From a virus (lineage: Duplodnaviria; Heunggongvirae; Uroviricota; Caudoviricetes): a DNA stretch of 14,665 bases. Positions 7,793-14,665 of this stretch are shown in pieces. Made by a program: the position numbers and the translations under genes. Position 1 is the stretch's first letter, and each line of letters begins with the position of its first letter. Under the pieces are notes generated by a model that saw nothing but the letters and a program-made list of their open reading frames with translations, had not been told where the DNA came from and searched no databases. The stretch lies in IMG/VR virus record IMGVR_UViG_2713896799_000003, positions 1 through 14,665 of that record; one strand, written 5' to 3'.

Positions 7793-10393
7793 TTTTGCCG
7801 ATCTGACAGCTGTTCTTACACTGGATTCAACCCGTTTTTCTGAAGAGGCTGCACGGGTAAAGAAAGAACTGGGTGAAACCAGTGACCTTGCGGATTTGAT
7901 GGCCGGGCGTGTCAGCCAGTCTTTTAAGAAACAGGCCACTGCCGTTGAACAGGGCCTGAGCCGTCAGGCGCTGGCTGCACAAAAAGCCGGGATTTCCGTC
8001 GGGCAGTATAAAGCGGCCATGCGTACCCTGCCTGCACAGTTTACGGATATCGCCACGCAGCTTGCCGGTGGTCAGAATCCCTGGCTTATTCTGCTGCAAC
8101 AGGGCGGTCAGGTGAAGGACGCCTTCGGCGGGATGCTCCCCATGTTCAGGGGGCTTGCCGGTGCGATCACCCTGCCGATGGTCGGGGTCACCTCGCTGGC
8201 GGTGGCGACAGGTGCGCTGGCGTATGCCTGGTACCAGGGGGATTCCACGCTTTCAGCGTTTAATAAAACCCTGGTTCTTTCCGGTAATCAGTCCGGACTG
8301 ACTGCCGATCGCATGCTGACGCTCTCCAGAGCCGGACAGGCAGCAGGGCTGACGTTTAACCAGGCGAGTGAGTCACTGGCAGCCCTGGTGAATGCCGGTG
8401 TGCGTGGTGGTGAGCAGTTTGATGCCATCAACCAGAGTGTGGCGCGTTTTGCTTCTGTATCCGGTGTGGAAGTGGACAAGGTTGCAGAGGCTTTTGGAAA
8501 GCTGACCACCGACCCGACGTCGGGACTGATGGCTATGGCGCGCCAGTTCCGTAACGTGACGGCAGAGCAGATTGCGTATGTTGCGCAGCTGCAGCGTTCG
8601 GGTGATGAGGCAGGGGCCTTACAGGCGGCGAACGATATCGCCACAAAAGGCTTTGATGAGCAGACCCGTCGCCTGAAAGAAAACATGGGGACGCTGGAAA
8701 CCTGGGCGGATAAAACCGGGAAGGCATTCAAATTGATGTGGGATGCCATCCTGGATATCGGTCGTCCTGAATCCTCAGCGGATATGCTCGCCAGTGCGCA
8801 GAAGGCATTTGATGAGGCGGATAAAAAATGGCAGTGGTACCAGAGCCGGAGTCAGCGCCGGGGAAAGACCTCCTCTTTCCGTGCCAACCTTCAGGGTGCA
8901 TGGGATGACCGTGAAAATGCCCGTCTGGGGCTGGCGGCAGCCACGCTGCAGTCGGATATGGAAAAAGCCGGTGAACTGGTGGCAAGGGACCGGGCTGAGC
9001 GTGAGGCGTCACAGCTGAAGTATACCGGAGAGGCGCAGAAGGCGTATGAGCGCCTGCTGACGCCACTGGAGAAATATACTGACCGGCAGGAAGAGCTGAA
9101 TAATGCCCTGAAAGACGGGAAAATCCTGCAGGCGGATTACAACACGCTGATGGCGGCGGCGAAAAAGGATTATGAATCGACGCTGAAAAAACCGAAGTCG
9201 TCAGGTGTCAAAGTGTCAGCCGGGGAGCGTCAGGAAGACCGGGCGCATGCAGCCCTGCTGACGCTTCAGGCAGAACTCCGGACGCTGGAGAAGCATGCCG
9301 GAGCGAATGAGAAAATCAGCCAGCAGCGCCGGGATTTGTGGAAGGCGGAGAGTCAGTTCGCGGTACTGGAGGAGGCGGCGCAACGTCGCCAGCTGTCTGT
9401 ACAGGAGAAATCCCTGCTGGCGCATAAAGACGAGACGCTGGAGTACAAACGCCAGCTGGCTGCACTTGGTGACAAGGTTACGTATCAGGGGCGCCTGAAC
9501 ACGCTGGCGCAGCAGGCGGATAAATTCGCACAGCAGCAACGGGCAAAACGAGCGGCTATTGATGCGAAAAGCCGGGGGCTGACTGACCGGCAGGCAGAAC
9601 GGGAAGCCACAGAACAGCGCCTGAAGGAACAGTATGGCGATAATCCTCTGGCGCTGAATAACGTCATGTCAGAGCAGAAAAAGACCTGGGCGGCTGAAGA
9701 CCAGCTTCGCGGGAGCTGGATGGCAGGCCTCAGGTCCGGCTGGAGCGAGTGGAAAGAGAGCGCCACGGACAGTATGTCGCAGGTAAAAAGTGCAGCCACG
9801 CAGACCTTTGACGGTATTGCACAGAATATGGCGGCGATGCTGACCGGCAGTGAACAGAACTGGCGCAGCTTCACCCGTTCCGTGCTGTCCATGATGACAG
9901 AAATTCTGCTTAAGCAGGCAATGGTGGGGATTGTCGGGAGTATCGGCAGCGCCATTGGCGGGGCTGTTGGTGGCGGCGCATCAGCATCAGGCGGTACAGC
10001 CATTCAGGCCGCTGCGGCGAAATTCCATTTTGCGACCGGGGATTTACGGGAACCGGCGGCAAATATGAGCCAGCGGGGATTGTTCACCGTGGTGAATTTG
10101 TCTTCACGAAGGAGGCAACCAGCCGGATTGGCGTGGGAAATCTCTACCGGCTGATGCGCGGCTATGCGGAAGGTGGTTATGTGGGCGGTGCCGGAAGTCC
10201 GGCGCAGATGCGGCGGGCGGAAGGCATTAATTTTAATCAGAACAATCACGTGGTGATTCAGAACGACGGTACGAATGGTCTGCCAGGTCCACAGATGATG
10301 AAGGCAGTGTATGACATGGCCCGCAAGGGTGCCCGTGATGAAATTCAGGCACAGATGCGCGATGGTGGTCTGTTCTCCGGAGGTGGACGATGA
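7782..10393 (+). pseudogene. H: Tail tape measure protein H, about 870 aa; frame broken by one missing base in a G-run at 10038-10041 (possibly technical)
   Basis: ATG 7782 lies 8 nt after AGGAGG (7768-7773) and overlaps the end of T. Frame 0 is open to 10154; up to ..KFHFATG it is lambda gpH-like, then turns nonsense (DLREPAANMSQRG...). From 10037 frame 2 reads RGFTGTGGKYEPAGIVHRGEFVFTKEATSRIGVGNLYRLMRGYAEGGYVGG...RDGGLFSGGGR to the stop at 10391-10393, overlapping the M start. Confidence 0.85.
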
Positions 10394-10718
10394 AGACCTT
10401 CCGCTGGAAAGTGAAACCCGGTATGGATGTGGCTTCGGCCCCTTCCGTAAGAAAGGTGCGCTTTGGTGATGGCTATTCCCAGCGTGCGCCTGCCGGGCTG
10501 AACGCTGACCTGAAAACGTACAGCGTGACGCTTTCTGTCTCCCGCGAGGAGGCCACGGCACTTGAGTCGTTCTGGCTGAGCACGGGGGCTGGAAATCCTT
10601 TCTGTGGACGCCGCCTTATGAGTGGCGGCAGATAAAGGTGACCTGCGCAAAATGGTCGTCGCGGGTCAGTATGCTGCGTGTTGAGTTCAGCGCAGAGTTT
10701 GAACAGGTGGTGAACTGA
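10390..10718 (+). pseudogene. M: Minor tail protein M; one single-base frame change near 10572 (possibly technical)
   Basis: N-terminus MKTFRWKVKPGMDVASAPSVRKVRFGDGYSQRAPAGLNADLKTYSVTLSV is in frame 1 up to ..ESF (10572). The rest, LAEHGGWKSFLWTPPYEWRQIKVTCAKWSSRVSMLRVEFSAEFEQVVN, is in frame 0 with stop at 10716-10718. The composite is about 109 aa, like lambda gpM. Confidence 0.8.
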
Positions 10719-11393
10719 TGCAGGATATCCAACAGGAACACATCTGATTCAGTCGCCCGTGGTGCTCTGGGAATCGATCTGACAGAGGTCGGTGGAGAAC
10801 GTTATTTTTTCTGTAATGAGCAGAACGAAAAAGGTGAGCCGGTCACCTGGCAGGGGCGACAGTATCAGCCGTATCCCATTCAGGGGGTTTTGAACTGAAT
10901 GGCAAAGGCACCAGTACGCGCCCCACGCTGACGGTTTCTAACCTGTACGGTATGGTCACCGGGATGGCGGAAGATCTGCAGAGTCTGGTCGGCGGAACGG
11001 TGGTCCGGCGTAAGGTCTACGCCCGTTTTCTGGATGCGGTGAACTTCGTCAACGGAAACAGTGACGCCGATCCGGAGCAGGAGGTGATCAGCCGCTGGCG
11101 CATCGAGCAGTGCAGCGAACTGAGCGCGTCAGTGCCTCTTTTGTACTGTCCACGCCGACGGAAACGGACGGCGCTGTTTTTCCGGGACGTATCATGCTGG
11201 CCAACACCTGCACCTGGACCTATCGCGGCGATGAGAGTGCGGTTATCACGGTCCGGCGGTCGCGGATGAATATGACCAGCCAACGTCCGATATCACGAAG
11301 GATAAATGCAGCAAATGCCTGAGCGGTTGTAAGTTCCGCAATAACGTCGGCAACTTTGGCGGCTTCCTTTCCATTAACAAACTTTCGCAGTAA
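10718..11393 (+). pseudogene. L: Minor tail protein L; at least 5 frame changes (possibly technical)
   Basis: ATG 10718 overlaps the M stop (TGATG). MQDIQQEH hits a stop at 10745. The gpL-like sequence continues in successive frames: ..PVVLWE (frame 1), IDLTEVGGERYFFCNEQNEKGEPVTWQGRQYQPYPIQG (frame 0), GFELNGKGTSTRPTLTVSNLYGMVTGMAEDLQSLVGGTVVRRKVYARFLDAVNFVNGNSDADPEQEVISRWRIEQCSELSA (frame 2), VSASFVLSTPTETDGAVFPGRIMLANTCTWTYRGDE (frame 1), and a tail ending ..KCLSGCKFRNNVGNFGGFLSINKLSQ at the stop 11391-11393 (frame 0). Confidence 0.8.
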
Positions 11394-11398
11394 ATCCC

Positions 11399-12137
11399 AT
11401 GACACAGACAGAATCAGCGATTCTGGCGCACGCCCGGCGGTGTGCGCCTGCGGAATCGTGCGGCTTCGTGGTGAGAACGCCGGAGGGAGACAGGTATCTT
11501 CCCTGCGTGAATATCTCCGGTGAGCCGGAGGCGTATTTCCGGATGTCGCCGGAGGACTGGCTGCGGGCAGAAATGCAGGGTGAGATTGTGGCGCTGGTCC
11601 ACAGCCACCCCGGTGGCTGCCCTGGCTGAGTGAGGCCGACAGGCGGCTGCAGGTGCAGAGTGATTTGCCGTGGTGGCTGGTCTGCCGGGGGGCGATTCAC
11701 AAGTTCCGCTGTGTGCCGCATCTTACCGGGCGGCGCTTTGAGCACGGGGTGACGGACTGTTACACGCTGTTCCGGGATGCTTATCATCTGGCGGGGATTG
11801 AGATGCCGGATTTTCATCGCGGGGATGACTGGTGGCGTAACGGCCAGAATCTCTATCTGGATAATCTGGAGGCAACGGGTTTTTAGGTGCCGTGTCAGCG
11901 GCGCAGCCGGGCGATGTGCTGCTGTGCTGTTTTGGTTCATCGGTGCCGAATCATGCCGCCATTTACTGTGGTGACGGCGAGCTGCTGCACCATATTCCTG
12001 AACAACTGAGCAAACGAGAGAGGTATACCGACAAATGGCAGCGACGCACACACTCCCTCTGGCGTCACCGGGCATGGCACGCATCTGCCTTTACGGGGAT
12101 TTACAACGATTTGGCCGCCGCATCGACCTTCGTGTGA
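11399..12137 (+). pseudogene. K: Tail tip assembly protein K; two frame disruptions (possibly technical)
   Basis: MTQTESAILAHARRCAPAESCGFVV...VALVHSHPGG is in frame 2 to about 11613. QVQSDLPWWLVCRG...DNLEATG is in frame 1 to the stop at 11884-11886. SAAQPGDVLLCCFGSSVPNHAAIYCGDGELLHHIPEQLSKRERYTDKWQRRTHSLWRHRAW is in frame 0 to 12137. The composite is collinear with lambda gpK. Confidence 0.8.
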
Positions 12138-12705
12138 AAACGGGGGCCGAAGCCATCCGGGCGCTGGCCACACAGCTCCCGGCGTTTCGTCAGAAACTGA
12201 GCGACGGCTGGTATCAGGTACGGATTGCCGGGCGGGACGTCAGCACGTCCGGGTTAACGGCGCAGTTACATGAGACTCTGCCTGATGGCGCTGTGATTCA
12301 TATTGTTCCCAGAGTCGCCGGGGCCAAGTCAGGTGGCGTATTCCAGATTGTCCTGGGGGCTGCCGCCATTGCCGGATCATTCTTTACTGCCGGAGCCACC
12401 CTTGCAGCATGGGGGGCAGCCATTGGGGCCGGTGGTATGACCGGTATCCTGTTTTCTCTCGGTGCCAGTATGGTACTTGGTGGTGTGGCTCAGATGCTGG
12501 CACCGAAAGCCAGAACTCCCCGTACACAGACAACGGATAACGGTAAGCAGAACACCTATTTCTCCTCACTGGATAACATGGTTGCCCAGGGCAATGTTCT
12601 GCCTGTTCTGTACGGTGAAATGCGCGTGGGGTCGCGGGGTGCTTTCTCAGGAGATCAGCACGGCAGACGGGGGACGGTGGTCAGGTTGTGGTGATTGGTC
12701 GCTGA
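12035..12705 (+). pseudogene. I: Tail tip assembly protein I; two +1 frame changes in G-runs near the 3' end (possibly technical)
   Basis: MAATHTLPLASPGMARICLYGDLQRFGRRIDLRVKTGAEAIRALATQLPAFRQKLSDGWYQVRIAG... is lambda gpI-like and overlaps the K 3' end as in lambda. Frame 2 runs to ..EMRVGSR (about 12637), frame 0 reads VLSQEISTAD (12639-12668), and frame 1 reads GDGGQVVVIGR with stop at 12703-12705. Confidence 0.8.
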
Positions 12706-12723
12706 TGCAAAATGTTTTATGTG

Positions 12724-12744
12724 AAACCGCCTGCGGGCGGTTTT
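12724..12744 (+). other. GC-rich hairpin plus T-tract between I and J (possible attenuator or RNA stability element)
   Basis: AAACCGCC-TGCG-GGCGGTTT inverted repeat (12724-12743) followed by TTTTGTCGTTT, about 20 nt upstream of the J ATG. Confidence 0.3.
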
Positions 12745-12765
12745 GTCGTTTATGGAGCGTGAGGA

Positions 12766-14665
12766 ATGGGTAAAGGAAGCAGTAAGGGGCATACCCCGCG
12801 TGAAGCGAAGGACAACCTGAAGTCCACGCAGTTGCTGAGTGTGATCGATGCCATCAGCGAAGGGCCGATTGAAGGTCCGGTGGATGGATTAAAAAGCGTG
12901 CTGCTGAACAGTACGCCGGTGCTGGACACTGAGGGGAATACCAACATCTCCGGTGTCACGGTGGTGTTCCGGGCAGGTGAGCAGGAGCAGGCACCGCCGG
13001 AGGGATTTGAATCCTCCGGCTCCGAGACGGTGCTGGGTACGGAAGTGAAATACGACACGCCGATCACCCGGACCATCACGTCTGCAAACATCGACCGTTG
13101 CGCTTTACCTTCGGTGTGCAGGCACTGGTGGAAACCACCTCAAAGGGGGACCGGAATCCGTCGGAAGTCCGCCTGCTGGTTCAGATCAGCGTAACGGTGG
13201 CTGGGTGACGGAAAAAGACATCACCATTAAGGGCAAAACCACCTCGCAGTATCTGGCCTCGGTGGGTGTGGTAACCTGCCGCCGCGCCCGTTCAACATCC
13301 GGATGCGCAGGATGACGCCGGACAGCACCACAGACCAGCTGCAGAACAAAACGCTCTGGTCGTCATACACCGAAATCATCGATGTGAAACAGTGCTACCC
13401 GAACACGGCACTGGTCGGCGTGCAGGTGGATTCGGAGCAGTTCGGGCAGCAGGTGAGTCGTAATTATCATCTTCGCGGGCGCATTCTGCAGGTGCCGTCG
13501 AAATTATAACCCGCAGACGCGGCAATACAGCGGTATCTGGGACGGAACGTTTAAACCGGCATACAGCAACAACATGGCCTGGTGTCTGTGGGATATGCTG
13601 ACCCATCCGCGCTACGGCATGGGGAAACGTCTTGGTGCGGCGGATGTGGATAAATGGGCGCTGTATGTCATCGGCCAGAATTGCGACCAGTCGGTGCCGG
13701 ACGGCTTTGGCGGCACGGAGCCGCGCATCACCTGTAATGCTTACCTGACCACACAGCGTAAGGCGTGGGATGTGCTCAGTGATTTCTGCTCGGCGATGCG
13801 CTGTATGCCGGTATGGAACGGGCAGACGCTGACGTTCGTGCAGGACCGACCGTCGGATAAGGTGTGGACCTATAACCGCAGTAATGTGGTGATGCCGGAT
13901 GATGGCGCGCCGTTCCGCTACAGCTTCAGCGCCCTGAAGGACCGCCATAATGCCGTTGAGGTGAACTGGATTGACCCGGATAACGGCTGGGAGACGGCAA
14001 CAGAGCTTGTGGAGGACACGCAGGCCATTGCCCGTTACGGTCGTAACGTCACGAAGATGGATGCCTTTGGCTGTACCAGCCGGGGGCAGGCGCACCGCGC
14101 CGGGCTGTGGCTGATTAAAACGGAACTGCTGGAAACGCAGACCGTGGACTTCAGCGTGGGTGCCGAAGGGCTTCGCCATGTACCGGGCGATGTCATTGAA
14201 ATCTGCGATGATGACTATGCCGGTATCAGCACCGGTGGTCGTGTGCTGGCGGTGAACAGCCAGACCCGGACGCTGACGCTCGACCGTGAAATCACGCTGC
14301 CATCCTCCGGCACCACGCTGATAAGCCTGGTTGACGGAAATGGCAATCCGGTCAGCGTGGAGGTTCAGTCCGTCACCGACGGCATGAAGGTGAAAGTGAG
14401 CCGTGTTCCTGACGGCGTTGCGAATACAGCGTGTGGGGGCTGAAGCTGCCGACGTGCGCCAGCGCCTGTTCCGCTGCGTGAGTATCCGTGAGAACGACGA
14501 CGGCACGTATGCCATCACTGCCGTGCAGCATGTACCGGAAAAAGAAGCCATCGTGGATAACGGGGCGCACTTTGACGGCGACCAGAGCGGCACGGTGAAT
14601 GGTGTCACCGCCAGCGGTGCAGCACCTGACCGCGAAGTCACCGCAGACAGCGGGGAATATCAGGT
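12766..14665 (+). pseudogene. J: Tail tip / host specificity protein J, 5' portion (continues beyond window); at least 7 frame disruptions (possibly technical)
   Basis: MGKGSSKGHTPREAKDNLKSTQLLSVIDAISEGPIEGPVDGLKSVLLNSTPVLDTEGNTNISGVTVVFRAGEQEQ... matches the lambda gpJ N-terminus. gpJ-like sequence continues in shifting frames: RFTFGVQALVETTSKGDRNPSEVRLLVQI (frame 0 from about 13095), NGGWVTEKDITIKGKTTSQYLAS (frame 2), MRRMTPDSTTDQLQNKTLWSSYTEIIDVKQCYPNTALVGVQVDSEQFG (frame 1), then MAWCLWDMLTHPRYGMGKRLGAADVDKW...VKVSRVPDGVA (frame 2, 13574-14443), with further shifts to the window end. Confidence 0.85.

Noticed and set aside
7271-7939. 222-codon minus-strand ORF
   Set aside because: Antisense to the T frame and the H 5' end, which are well supported on the + strand.
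10133-10393. 86-codon ORF as a separate small gene
   Set aside because: It is the C-terminal end of the tape measure protein, separated from the main ORF only by the single-base frame change at 10038-10041.
11374-12084. 236-codon minus-strand ORF
   Set aside because: Antisense to K and I, which are clearly identified on the + strand; composition typical of a spurious reverse frame.
13376-14641. 421-codon ORF on the minus strand
   Set aside because: It lies entirely antisense to the gpJ coding region. The translation is Arg/Ala/Pro-rich with no recognisable domain, typical of a spurious antisense frame in GC-rich coding DNA.
1-14665. Search for cargo genes (toxin/antitoxin, defence or anti-defence, moron), tRNA genes, CRISPR repeats, IS ends or att sites
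   Set aside because: No direct-repeat arrays, no tRNA-like cloverleaf regions and no terminal inverted repeats were seen. Every sizeable + strand frame is accounted for by a structural gene, and intergenic gaps are at most about 90 nt.

Overview
This window is the late (morphogenesis) operon of a lambdoid siphovirus-type phage or prophage from an enterobacterium, with every credible gene on the + strand. In order: the 3' end of a GpA-family terminase large subunit, a gpW-like gene, a portal gene, a single gene fusing a ClpP-like prohead protease to scaffold and major capsid domains, two small head-completion genes, then a lambda-type tail module Z-U-V-G/GT-H-M-L-K-I-J (J runs off the window end). 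I found no rRNA, tRNA, CRISPR array, IS element, att site or cargo/defence gene, and I do not see a novel system here; all coding capacity is explained by structural genes. The most notable observation is that at least 23 frame-disrupting small indels are confined to the two flanks (about 264-960 and 10038-14665), while the roughly 9 kb core (1034-10037) reads as intact ORFs. That pattern looks more like consensus or assembly error in repeated prophage segments than natural decay, but this cannot be settled from sequence alone. Family assignments rest on my recollection of lambda protein sequences and on gene order and length; no database search was run.
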